Positions 20,401-29,474 are shown, counted from the first letter of the stretch. The stretch: DNA of 64,000 bases from Candidatus Sungiibacteriota bacterium (GCA_016180435.1 JACPBG010000003.1:13791-77790); one strand, 5' to 3'. Program-made: numbers and translations. The notes: generated by a model not told the origin, from the sequence alone.

Positions 20401-21121
20401 TTTGATAAAAGACGGAACGAAGATGTCAAAGTCCAGGGGGAATGTGGTCAATCCGGATGAGTATATTAGAGCGTATGGCGCGGATGCTCTGCGTATGTAT
20501 TTGATGTTTTTGGGGCCGTTTGAGCAGGGCGGGGATTTTCGGGATGACGGGATCAGGGGAATAACACGGTTTTTGGAGAGAGCATACAAACTAATTTCCA
20601 ATTTCCAAAATCCAATTTCCAAACAAATTCCAAATTCAAAATCACAAATTCAAAAAATATTACACCAGACAATTAAGAAAGTAACGGAAGATATTGAGAA
20701 CCTGCAATACAATACGGCGATTTCGGCTTTAATGATACTTTTGAATAAGTTTGAAGAAAATCCGTCCGCAGTTACTAAAGAACACGTTTCAATATTTTTG
20801 CGATTGTTGGCTCCGGTTGCGCCCTTCATAACGGAGGAATTGTGGAGTATGTTTCCTACAAACTACAAACTACAAGCTACAAGCGTACATAAAAATAAGT
20901 GGCCGGAATATGACCCGAAATTGATTCAAGAAGACACGTTTGAGCTGGTGGTCCAGATAAACGGCAAAGTGCGGGACAAATTTGAGGCTCCGATTGATGT
21001 CTCTGAAGATAATGCAACCCGTTTGACTTTGGGGCGGGAGAGGGTTAAGAGTATAGTTGGAACCTTAAAACCGCGTAGGATTATTTTTGTCCCGAAGCGG
21101 TTGATAAATATCGTGATTTAG
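17498..21121 (+). CDS. leuS: Leucyl-tRNA synthetase with inserted alpha/beta-hydrolase and NUDIX domains
   Basis: MFPYPS, HVGN, FTTRPDT, DWLISRQRYWG and KMSKS, plus extra HSLGG and EILEETG motifs. Confidence 0.95.
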   Translation: MRYFPHKIEKKWQKIWLKMEIYEPDIKKTKKPFYNLMMFPYPSAEGLHVGNMYAFTGADIYGRFMRMRGRDVFEPIGLDGFGIHSENFAMKIGRHPADQAKISEKNFYRQLEALGNGFAWCERLETYNPEYYKWTQWIFVQMFKRGLAYRKKQAVNWCPNCKTVLADEQVIQKSEIRNPKSETNSKFEIPAGGEARSGRQNSKQKITIGVCERCDTPVIKKELEQWFFKITDYAERLLGNLAKLDWSERVKIAQKNWIGKSEGALIKFPISNFQFPIKDLDFVFIHGYKGDSRDIFWPWFRKEIERRGAKVFAPDLPNSDAPNINEQVQYVLKQHSFSEKTVIVTHSLGGVVAMKLLPLLHDKIERLLLVAPPLRTEFLDGKKRPALEDACDWKFNFNEIKKHARNISVLADTEDHVVSLDQLVEIAGQLNARLRKTVASAPHFREIVEPEIVNELFPEIEIFTTRPDTLFGATYLVLSPEYEEISNFQFPISNRGEVDEYIKNTKAKTEEERISEGREKTGVELKGIKVINPVNGEEIPVWVADYVLGGVGMGAIMAVPAHDERDFEFAKKHDLPIKTVVESFYIQKEEPGVYRENESIVPRDGIITIIKHWSEDKYIGLKWKKVAWGTFLTGGIEKGQTAEQAGVAEILEETGYLHPKFIRELGITHGLFYHVPKKENRLVHAHILYFELQDGARTEISEKEQEIHDIKWLTLKELKSFLTPATHTYALDLFREGIKVYTGGGILCNSGEFNGMDSEKAKLEITKFVCGERKIQYRLRDWLISRQRYWGPPIPMIFCESCKKSLENSKFSKGELENPGWTAVPEKDLPVKLPYVKNFRPTGTDKSPLATVKKFYKVRCPKCKSWARRETDVSDTFLDSAWYYLRYPSVKMQNSKIKMQNENSKSKNIEIPWNSEITKKWTPVNMYIGGAEHSVLHLLYSRFLAMAFKDWGLTHFEEPFTKFRAHGLLIKDGTKMSKSRGNVVNPDEYIRAYGADALRMYLMFLGPFEQGGDFRDDGIRGITRFLERAYKLISNFQNPISKQIPNSKSQIQKILHQTIKKVTEDIENLQYNTAISALMILLNKFEENPSAVTKEHVSIFLRLLAPVAPFITEELWSMFPTNYKLQATSVHKNKWPEYDPKLIQEDTFELVVQINGKVRDKFEAPIDVSEDNATRLTLGRERVKSIVGTLKPRRIIFVPKRLINIVI

Positions 21122-21330
21122 GAGGAAGAGGTGCTAGATTTTTTTATGAATATCACGCTCATGATAGTTCTTCTGGCAACAATTGCGTTAGTCGTAACAG
21201 TGATAGTGGTAAAAAGGAGGCAACATGAATAAGGCGCGAAAACGTTTGCGTCAGCGTTGTCCTCGTTGCGGTTCGGCCTGTGATGGCTGGATGTGTGGAA
21301 GAGAGCATAAGCAAAAGAAAGGAGGTATTT

Positions 21331-21570
21331 ATGGCAGGGAAGAAAAAAGATCCGCTTAAATATATGAGCGAATCCGAGGCGCTCAAACGAGCTCACGCGT
21401 GCGTCAAGGATATGGTGCAAAAACTTGAAAGACTGAATGAGAAGCCATTTTCCAAGAAGGAACGAAGATTGCTTCTTCAGAAATTACAAGACGTGACACT
21501 TCGGTATTTAGACAAACATTTCGTCGTTGTTGTCGATACGGACGATCGAGTTCGCAAAAATCCCAGATAA
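21331..21570 (+). CDS. Small hypothetical protein
   Basis: Strong AAGGAGGT RBS upstream and a terminator-like hairpin downstream. Confidence 0.55.
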   Translation: MAGKKKDPLKYMSESEALKRAHACVKDMVQKLERLNEKPFSKKERRLLLQKLQDVTLRYLDKHFVVVVDTDDRVRKNPR

Positions 21571-21595
21571 CTTCTGGGGTATTTTTTATATCCGA

Positions 21596-21699
21596 ACCCC
21601 GTTAAAGAAAAACCAACCGGACATTTTTTAATTTAGAGTTAACAAAAAATACTAAACATTCTTGCAGTAAAAACGTTTTCTGTTTTTCTCTAACGGGGT
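21596..21699. mobile_element. MITE-like element with ACCCCGTTA...TAACGGGGT termini
   Basis: Terminal inverted repeats shared with 37108-37314 and 61976-62078. GAACCC appears at both junctions. Confidence 0.7.
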
Positions 21700-21745
21700 G
21701 AACCCTTTTCTTTCAATAAGAAGTTATATAATGTATAGATACATA

Positions 21746-21982
21746 AGCGCTATAGCGCCACTTTTAGAAAATTCATAAGTGAGCATATGGGCGGTTGAGG
21801 ATGTTTGATTTTAGACAATGGGAGGATTAGTTTGTTAGGTTCTCCGCCGCAGGCGGATTCAATAAGAAAATTCTCCAAGCGAGTCACAGGCGGAATTTAG
21901 CATTTTGCTTTTAAGGCAATGGGAGGATAAGTTTGCATGGTTTCTGCCGCAGGCGGATACAATACGAAAACCCATAAACGAG
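21746..21982 (-). repeat. Two tandem ~100 bp half copies of the structured element
   Basis: 21787-21825 is identical (39 bp) to 41382-41420. Each unit runs from the tail motif to a CCGCCGCAGGCGG-type hairpin. Confidence 0.8.
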
Positions 21983-22135
21983 CTAATCATTCTTTATTCA
22001 ATTAACGCAGGGCTGGCGAATAAATGGTGAGAAAATGTGACAAGGGAAGCCGGCTCTGCCGGAGGGTTTCCGTCACATTTTCGGCTCCATTTATCCAGAC
22101 CGAAGTTTTGAATAAAAATGATTGGCGAGTGAAAA

Positions 22136-23980
22136 ATGTGCGGAATTGTCGGATACATAGGTACAAAACGCGCCATCCCTATTTTATTGGACGGCCTGAA
22201 AGCGCTTGAATATCGCGGATACGATTCAAGCGGTTTTGCCGTACTCACCAAAAACGGAAACATCAAAAGCGAAAGAGCGGTGGGGAAGATTATGAATTTA
22301 GAGGAAAAAATCAGCGGCCGAGAAGATCTTTTCGGAACTTGCGGCATCAGCCATACCCGGTGGGCAACTCACGGCGGAGTTACGGAGGCAAACGCCCATC
22401 CGCATGCCGATTGCCGGCAGGAGATCTGGGCCGTGCATAACGGCATTATTGAAAATTATAAGGAACTGCGGCGCGACTTGGAAAAATTAGGACATAAATT
22501 CCGTTCCGAAACCGATACTGAAACCATCGTGCATTTGATTGAGGAGTTCAAGAATAAAAATCCGGAATTGCCGCTGGAAGAAGCGGTCCGGCTGTCTTTG
22601 CTTACTATCCGCGGAACATACGGCATTGCGGTGATTGATGCGCGCGAGCCCAAAAAACTTGTGGCAGCCAGGAATTTCAGCCCCCTGCTTCTTGGTATCG
22701 GAGATGGAGAATATCTGGTGGCATCGGACGCCTCCGCAGTGCTTAAATACACAAAGCAGGTGATATACCTTGATGACGGTGAAATTGCCGTGCTTTCGCA
22801 TGATGGGCATAGCGTCCATGATTTGAAACGGAAAAATCATGAGAAAAAATTGCACGAGATTGAATGGTCTTTGGAAGACGCGCAAAAAGGCGGGCATCCG
22901 CATTTCATGCGAAAGGAAATTTTTGAGCAGCCGGAAGCAATTGAAAATTCCATTCGCGGAAGGATCGTCGCCAAAGGCGGCCGCGCAAAATTAGGGGGAA
23001 TTGCGGAAATTACGGATCGTTTAAAAAGTGTCCGCCGCATCCATGTCGCGGCTTGCGGCACCGCCTATCTTGCGGGGAGGGTGGGAGAATACATGCTGGA
23101 GGAATATGCCGGAATTCCAACCGAGGTTGATCTGGCTTCGGAATTTCGTTATCGCAAGCCCGTATTTTGCGATGGGGATTTGTTCATTGCCGTTTCGCAA
23201 TCCGGAGAAACAGCCGATACCCTGGCTGCGCTTCGCGAGGCCAAAGAAAAAAGTGTACTAACCCTTGGAATTGTAAATGTGGTGGGGTCAACCATTGCGC
23301 GTGAAACCGATGTCGGAGTATATCAGCATATCGGACCGGAGATCGGGGTGGCGTCCACCAAGGCCTTTACGTCCCAGGTTGCGATTCTTGCCTTGCTTAC
23401 GCTTCTTTTGGGGCGCCAGCGCGAGATGTCCGGGGTTATGGGCGAGCGCATTGCCGCGGAATTAAAAAAAATTCCTTTGCATATCCGCGCAATTTTAAAA
23501 AATAGCGGTCAAATCGCCGCCCTTGCCCAAAAATACCAAAAATACGAAAATTTTTTGTATCTTGGCAGGAAATATAATTTGCCGGCGGCGCATGAGGGCG
23601 CCTTGAAGCTTAAAGAAATTTCGTATGTGCACGCCGAAGGGTGCGGAGCAGGCGAGATGAAGCACGGGCCGATTGCCATGATTGATGAGAATTTCCCATC
23701 GGTTTTTATCGCGCCGCAGGATTCCGTATATGACAAAATGATTTCCAATATTGAGGAAGTCAGGGCGCGCAAAGGCCCGATAATTGCGATCGCCACCCAA
23801 GGTGATGAAAAAATTCGTGAACTTGCGGATGATGTGATATATATTCCCAAAACTCTGGAGATGTTAACCCCGATTTTATCCGTAATTCCGCTTCAGCTTT
23901 TCGCTTACCATTTTGCGGTTTTGCGCGGCTGTGATGTAGACAAGCCGAGGAATTTAGCTAAAAGTGTTACCGTGGAATAG
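22136..23980 (+). CDS. glmS: Glutamine-fructose-6-phosphate aminotransferase
   Basis: MCGIVG, HTRWATHG, SQSGETADT and PRNLAKSVTVE motifs. Confidence 0.98.
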   Translation: MCGIVGYIGTKRAIPILLDGLKALEYRGYDSSGFAVLTKNGNIKSERAVGKIMNLEEKISGREDLFGTCGISHTRWATHGGVTEANAHPHADCRQEIWAVHNGIIENYKELRRDLEKLGHKFRSETDTETIVHLIEEFKNKNPELPLEEAVRLSLLTIRGTYGIAVIDAREPKKLVAARNFSPLLLGIGDGEYLVASDASAVLKYTKQVIYLDDGEIAVLSHDGHSVHDLKRKNHEKKLHEIEWSLEDAQKGGHPHFMRKEIFEQPEAIENSIRGRIVAKGGRAKLGGIAEITDRLKSVRRIHVAACGTAYLAGRVGEYMLEEYAGIPTEVDLASEFRYRKPVFCDGDLFIAVSQSGETADTLAALREAKEKSVLTLGIVNVVGSTIARETDVGVYQHIGPEIGVASTKAFTSQVAILALLTLLLGRQREMSGVMGERIAAELKKIPLHIRAILKNSGQIAALAQKYQKYENFLYLGRKYNLPAAHEGALKLKEISYVHAEGCGAGEMKHGPIAMIDENFPSVFIAPQDSVYDKMISNIEEVRARKGPIIAIATQGDEKIRELADDVIYIPKTLEMLTPILSVIPLQLFAYHFAVLRGCDVDKPRNLAKSVTVE

Positions 23981-24019
23981 TTGATATGATGGCCACCTTG
24001 TCATTAAATTTTAACTTGT

Positions 24020-24571
24020 TTAATCAAGCCGGTTTTTTATGTATGATTTCAAGGCGCTTCTAAATGGAAGCGCAAATTTTTTAGGATGGCGCTTTACGTC
24101 TTTAAGCAGAGATTTAAGGCCAACAAATTTATACATACTTATTTCGTACGAATTGGGGCAAATTTTTTCAGAAGCGCGTCCTGTATATAGATGATGAATT
24201 AATTTTCCGTGGCGGCTTATAACATCAAATCTTCCTATATATTTGAGTCGGGTTTTAATATGCAGTTCCTCATACAATTCTCGTTTGGCAGCAGAAAGAT
24301 ATGATTCGCTTTTCTCTACGTGCCCGCCAGCCGAGGAGGTAAAAAGGCTGGGATATGCTTTGGCAAATTTAGGCCTCTGACAAATTAAAAGCTCGCCCGC
24401 CGGATTGAATAAAAATATATGTACAATGCGGCGCCATAGGCCCAGCCGTTTAGCGTCTTCTTTGGTACTAATGGTAATCCTCTTGTCATTCATATCAAAA
24501 AGATCAAAAATCCGTTTTTGGGGAAACCGTTTAGGATATTTTTTGGTTTTAGGATATATGGTGAAGGCCAT
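24020..24571 (-). CDS. NUDIX hydrolase (Idi/YfcD-like)
   Basis: Nudix box GGHVEKSESYLSAAKRELYEELH. Confidence 0.85.
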   Translation of the reverse strand: MAFTIYPKTKKYPKRFPQKRIFDLFDMNDKRITISTKEDAKRLGLWRRIVHIFLFNPAGELLICQRPKFAKAYPSLFTSSAGGHVEKSESYLSAAKRELYEELHIKTRLKYIGRFDVISRHGKLIHHLYTGRASEKICPNSYEISMYKFVGLKSLLKDVKRHPKKFALPFRSALKSYIKNRLD

Positions 24572-24653
24572 AAAAGCATCACGTAATAATTTACAAGAAT
24601 TGTATGAGAAAAAAATTTGCCGCCTACTTGAGGTAAAAACTGCGTCAAGTTTA

Positions 24654-25199
24654 ATGAGACCGCGCCGTTTGATTATATCAGGAATTTCGGGTTCGGGGAA
24701 AACAACCCTGGGAAAGGCGCTGGAAAAAAGGGGATTTCAAAAATTTCCCAATGTAGTCACCCGGCCACGTCGTCCGGGTGAGCGAGCAGAGGAAAACATT
24801 TTTATTGATGATAAAATATTCAATCGTTGGCGCAAAGAAAGGCGTTTGGTCATGTGCCGTCAAACTAATGGTGTCTGGCACGCCATTTTTAAAAAACATC
24901 TGAATCACGTTAAAAATTCACGCCACCCTATTTATTTTGACAAAAGTATTCCATCGGCTCGTCGTCTCACTGAATTTTTGCCTGGTGTAAAATTTTTATT
25001 GATTTACCTTTTGCCTCCATCATTTCGCATATTGTATAATCGCTTAAAGCTCCGTGAAGAAAAAGATGGAATGGGAAAGGAAGAAATTCATCAGCGATTT
25101 TTTGAAGAAATAAATGAATTGGGGCAAAGCGCGCAACTGCCTTACGCATACATCGTAAATGATAAGATTGAGCGTATTATTCGTCTTATTTCGCAATAA
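24654..25199 (+). CDS. Guanylate kinase-like P-loop kinase (start uncertain)
   Basis: GISGSGKT, TRPRRPGE and YLLPPS motifs. Confidence 0.75.
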   Translation: MRPRRLIISGISGSGKTTLGKALEKRGFQKFPNVVTRPRRPGERAEENIFIDDKIFNRWRKERRLVMCRQTNGVWHAIFKKHLNHVKNSRHPIYFDKSIPSARRLTEFLPGVKFLLIYLLPPSFRILYNRLKLREEKDGMGKEEIHQRFFEEINELGQSAQLPYAYIVNDKIERIIRLISQ

Positions 25200-25206
25200 A
25201 TAAAAA

Positions 25207-25899
25207 ATGAAGGCCGTAATTTTAGCAGCCGGAGAGGGGATTCGCATGCTGCCCCTTACGGAAAATAAACCCAAACCCTTGCTTGAGGTCCTTGGCAAGC
25301 CGCTTTTGCAATACTCTTTTGAGGCGTTACCCGACGTGGTGGATGAAGTTATTTTATTGGTTGGATATTTGGGTGATCAAATTCGTGATTATTGCGGCAA
25401 TGAGTTTTTGGGACGAAAAATCCGCTATGTGGAGCAAAAAGAAAAGCGCGGGACTGCGCATGGACTTTGGATATGCCGCGAATTTTTAGGGAACGAAAGA
25501 TTTCTGACATATTATGCCGACGACATTCAGCAAAAAGACGATTTGAAGGCCTGCCTTAAATATCCATTGGCAATTTCCGTAAGCACTGTATCAGATCCGC
25601 GAAAATTCGGAGTGGTCAGCGTAGATAAAAATATGCGGGTGCTGGATTTAGTGGAAAAGCCGGAAATTCCGCCATCCAATTTTGTTTCCACCGGCATTAA
25701 AGTACTGGATGAACGGATTTTTAAATATTTTTCCCCGCATCGCGAAAACGGCGAACATTATATTACGGATCCCTTGCGCGGTCTGGCGCATGATTGCGAA
25801 ATGATCGCGGTTCCGGCGTCGCACTGGATCCCGATTGGATATCCGGAGGATTTGAAAAAAGCCGAAATATTATTGGGTAAACGGGCGGGCATAAGATAA
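25207..25899 (+). CDS. Sugar-phosphate nucleotidyltransferase (GlmU N-terminal-like)
   Basis: LAAGEGIRMLPLT..PKPL, GTAHG and VEKP motifs. Confidence 0.88.
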   Translation: MKAVILAAGEGIRMLPLTENKPKPLLEVLGKPLLQYSFEALPDVVDEVILLVGYLGDQIRDYCGNEFLGRKIRYVEQKEKRGTAHGLWICREFLGNERFLTYYADDIQQKDDLKACLKYPLAISVSTVSDPRKFGVVSVDKNMRVLDLVEKPEIPPSNFVSTGIKVLDERIFKYFSPHRENGEHYITDPLRGLAHDCEMIAVPASHWIPIGYPEDLKKAEILLGKRAGIR

Positions 25900-26096
25900 A
25901 TCCCGCCCTTTCACCGCGGGGTATTACACCCCGCGGTAAATGCAAAACAATCTCCATTCATTCCTGTGCCAAGAGCATGGGGTATTCAGGAAAGAGCGGG
26001 ATAAATACGTCAGATTTTTTTCAAAGCAGGATACTTGCAATTCGTCCTGCTTTTTGATACGCTTTTCATGGTTCTTAACAACAGATAGAGGAAATT

Positions 26097-27464
26097 ATGG
26101 AAAAGTATTTATTGAATACTCGGAGTGAATTCGAAACACATTTGAAAGAACTTGTGGAGATGCCAACAGTAAGTGCGGAGCCGGAGCGGGCGGGTGACAT
26201 CCGGCGTTGTGCCGAATATGCCGCGCGGATGCTGGGCGCCGGGGGTTTCAAATCGGGCGTGTTTGAAACCGCGGGTAATCCAATCGTGATCGGCCAATAT
26301 ATCCATGATGAACGCGCCCAAACCGTCATGATTTATAACCATCTGGATGTACAGCCGGCTGATAAAGAGAAAGAAGGATGGCGCACGGACCCGTTTACCT
26401 TTACGAAGATCGGTGATAAGTATTTTGGGCGAGGAACCACGGACGATAAAGGCCCGGCATTAGCCGCATTTTTGGCAGCGCACTATGCGGTATGGAAAAA
26501 ACTTCCAATTAACTTTTTTATCGTGTGGGAATTAGAGGAGGAAAGCGGCAGCACCAATTTCCATGAGCTTTTTGGCGATCGTTACCCGTTTTTATGCCGT
26601 CCCGATCCCGATGTGGTTATTGTGTCAGATGGCCTTTGGCGTGATCGCGAACATCCGGCCATTGAATACGGGCTTCGCGGCAATCTATGCTTTTCTTTGG
26701 CGCTTCAGACCGCAGATCATGATACCCATTCGGGTTGCACCGGCGGATTTGCGCGGAATCCGATAGTTGAACTTTGTGCCTTAATCTCAAGGATGGTTAA
26801 TGCCGTGACCGGGGATATAAAAATTCCCGGCATATATCGTAAAGTTTGCGGCGTGAATTTAGAGGAGTTGGAGAATTTAAGCCGAGGATTTGATCAGGAG
26901 GTCTTTAAGAAGGCGTGGGGGCTTCACACCACACGTAAGATGACTAACGAAGAAGCGGTTGTCTCTTTGAAGCTTTTGCCGACTTTTGAGGTGGTGAATA
27001 TCTCCGGCGGATATGAGGGTCCTGGGTTTAAGACCATCGTGCCGCACCGCACAGAGGCCAAAATCAGTATGCGGTTGGTTCCTGATCAGAATCCGGAGCA
27101 AGTGCTTGAGGCGGTGAAAAAATTCGTGGCACGAATGAATCCAGATGTGGAGGTACGAGCTTTGAGGGGAACGGCAAAACCATATGCCTCGGATTATAAA
27201 AATCCTTATTTTCAAATGCTGCAGCAGATTGTTGGCGAAGTGACGGGAAAAGAGTGTGCGCTGGATCGTTCGGGCGGATCAATCGGCGCCGTGGGCACTA
27301 TGGCCGAGTATTTAAAGGCGCCCATTGTTTTATTCGGATTAAGTTTGCCCGAACACGGATATCATGCTCCAAACGAATATTTTGAATGGTCCCAGGCCGA
27401 GGCGGGTATCCGCATATTCGCCGAGTACTTTGAAGAAATCTCGAAACTTAAAAGTCCCGTTTAA
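26097..27464 (+). CDS. M20 family dipeptidase
   Basis: HLDVQP, GRGTTDDKGP, EEESGS and HAPNE motifs. Confidence 0.92.
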   Translation: MEKYLLNTRSEFETHLKELVEMPTVSAEPERAGDIRRCAEYAARMLGAGGFKSGVFETAGNPIVIGQYIHDERAQTVMIYNHLDVQPADKEKEGWRTDPFTFTKIGDKYFGRGTTDDKGPALAAFLAAHYAVWKKLPINFFIVWELEEESGSTNFHELFGDRYPFLCRPDPDVVIVSDGLWRDREHPAIEYGLRGNLCFSLALQTADHDTHSGCTGGFARNPIVELCALISRMVNAVTGDIKIPGIYRKVCGVNLEELENLSRGFDQEVFKKAWGLHTTRKMTNEEAVVSLKLLPTFEVVNISGGYEGPGFKTIVPHRTEAKISMRLVPDQNPEQVLEAVKKFVARMNPDVEVRALRGTAKPYASDYKNPYFQMLQQIVGEVTGKECALDRSGGSIGAVGTMAEYLKAPIVLFGLSLPEHGYHAPNEYFEWSQAEAGIRIFAEYFEEISKLKSPV

Positions 27465-27502
27465 TTTAATCGGGACTATTTATTATCCGGTTAGGACTTG
27501 TT

Positions 27503-28447
27503 TTAACGGGACCCATATTTTTTCTCAAGTTCGGCAAGATATGCCTCAAGCGCGGATGTTTCAGCCGGAGATTTTTTAAGATCGGCAATCAGCAATTTTA
27601 GGTCTCCGCATTTTTCATAGAGCGCCACCACGCGATCAAAATATTTATGGTACAGATAATCATAGCTTATTTTAGCCTCCAGTCGATTTTCTTCCAGTGA
27701 CTCTTGGTTAAGAGATTCTCCGATATTTCTGAACTCCGCCATATAGTTTGGATAATCTTCCGCAATCTCAAATATTTTTTCATACCATTCTTCTTCGGGT
27801 ATATGCAAAAAAATATCCAGCACAGTTTTAACAAAATCGTTTAGTTCCCGTGAAATAGCGCGGTAGCGCTGTATCAGGGCCTCGGTTTTAGTATAATTGG
27901 CACGGTCTTCGGCGTATTCAAAAAACTTAAGCGCGGCCAAGGTCGCCAAGGGGGTTATGATCGCTTCTTGGTTGATAGTTCCACGAAGATGCTCGGTGTT
28001 CATATGCAGGTCTTCATGCAGGATGACGTCCACTTTTCTCATAAGCTCTTCTTTGGCAAAATCCGGAGTTATGGTTGATCCTTTGTCGGCGAGTTGCTCG
28101 CCTAGGCGCGTATAGATGCTGTAGCTTTTATTATATAGATACCAATTCTGTATAATTTTTCGCGGGGACTCTGAAAAATACAGCCAAAATTCCATTTCTA
28201 TGGGTTCGTGCAATGCAAGAGTACCGCGCTTTTGCGCCATGACCACAAGCCAGTCCTGGCGCGGGGCCTCCAGAGCAGTTTTGGTTAGTACGGCGCTTGG
28301 TTCAATGCCGATGGTTTTTCCGAATTCTTTGACTTCTTTGGAAAGCGCTGCGGTTTCACGCAGGAGTTCTTCTTCGGATTTTTCTGCAGCTGCGGCCTTG
28401 GGTTCAAAAAGAAAAATGCACAGGATAATCAAAAGGATTTTTCTCAT
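27503..28447 (-). CDS. Secreted hypothetical protein with an HExxH motif
   Basis: Signal peptide, ILHEDLH and a downstream E. Confidence 0.6.
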   Translation of the reverse strand: MRKILLIILCIFLFEPKAAAAEKSEEELLRETAALSKEVKEFGKTIGIEPSAVLTKTALEAPRQDWLVVMAQKRGTLALHEPIEMEFWLYFSESPRKIIQNWYLYNKSYSIYTRLGEQLADKGSTITPDFAKEELMRKVDVILHEDLHMNTEHLRGTINQEAIITPLATLAALKFFEYAEDRANYTKTEALIQRYRAISRELNDFVKTVLDIFLHIPEEEWYEKIFEIAEDYPNYMAEFRNIGESLNQESLEENRLEAKISYDYLYHKYFDRVVALYEKCGDLKLLIADLKKSPAETSALEAYLAELEKKYGSR

Positions 28448-28596
28448 AAACTACCGGGGTTTTATTGTAAAGTTCTGATTTAAGAATTAGCACGGATGGA
28501 GTATAAAAGTAAAGTCCCGCTGAAGCGGGACGGATCCATATATTATACTGAAAAATTACTATCCAGTATGTCGCGCAGAACTGTATCTACCGCGTG

Positions 28597-29415
28597 TCAG
28601 GTTCCTTCCAGGATCAGGTCAATCGGCATGCGGCCATCAAACACTTTGTGCGGGCGGGTTAGCCATTCATAGATAAGGGCGGGGTGTCGGGTCGCATCTG
28701 TTTCCGTTTGTGAAAATACTGACTTGAGAAGTTCAATCCGTTCTTTTCCGATTTTTATTTTCTCAAATCCCTCGGCTGTTTTACGGAGATATGTACTTTC
28801 GCTTTGGTGCTCCTGTGCGCGGGCGATTACCATTGTATATGGTCGGACATCTCGTGAAATAGTTGATCCGGCTGCCACCATGGCATCGTTTCCGATCGTG
28901 ATAGGCGCTATGAGATTCGCGTTTGTTCCGATGAATACGCCGTTGCCGATTGCGATGGGATGTTTTTTCGTGCCATCATAATTTGCGGTAATTACACCCG
29001 CGCCGATATTTACATTATTGCCTATATCTGCATCTTCTATGTCGCAATGGTGTTTCGCCGTAAAGTTTTTCCCAATCCTGCAGCGTTTAAATTGTGCCGT
29101 AAATCCGATTTTCGCTCCGGATTTGATTTGGCAATTCTCTATGCAGGCTGTGGGGCCAATAGAGGAGTCGGGCCCGATTTTGCTGTTTACAATCCAGGAG
29201 CCGGGAAGTATGGTTGATCGCGGACCAATTTGTATATTTCCGACAAAGAAAATATTCGGACCAAGCCGCACTCCGCCACCAAATTTTAAAGATGAACCCT
29301 CGCTCACAAATACCGTTTCTTCGTTATCAACCAACATGTTCGGTCTGCGGGAATTTTTAAAGAATCCCGATTCACGCAGGGTTATAAATCGTGGCGACGA
29401 TTCGCGCTTTTCCAT
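28597..29415 (-). CDS. GlmU C-terminal-like hexapeptide acetyltransferase with a C-terminal extension
   Basis: NIGAGVITANYDG..KH...IG..VFIG and VAAGSTI motifs. Confidence 0.8.
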   Translation of the reverse strand: MEKRESSPRFITLRESGFFKNSRRPNMLVDNEETVFVSEGSSLKFGGGVRLGPNIFFVGNIQIGPRSTILPGSWIVNSKIGPDSSIGPTACIENCQIKSGAKIGFTAQFKRCRIGKNFTAKHHCDIEDADIGNNVNIGAGVITANYDGTKKHPIAIGNGVFIGTNANLIAPITIGNDAMVAAGSTISRDVRPYTMVIARAQEHQSESTYLRKTAEGFEKIKIGKERIELLKSVFSQTETDATRHPALIYEWLTRPHKVFDGRMPIDLILEGT

Positions 29416-29474
29416 ATAATCCTTTCTTTGTGGAACTACTTTTGAAACGAACTTTACGCTATGCTGGTTATATC

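Noticed and set aside
21759-21982. CRISPR array
   Set aside because: Units are ~100 bp, homologous along their length and lack unique spacers. There are no cas genes.
21745-22135. glmS ribozyme upstream of glmS (ATAGCGCC at ~21752)
   Set aside because: The downstream core (GRACT ... GTTGACGAGG) is absent, and the region is explained by the repeat family.
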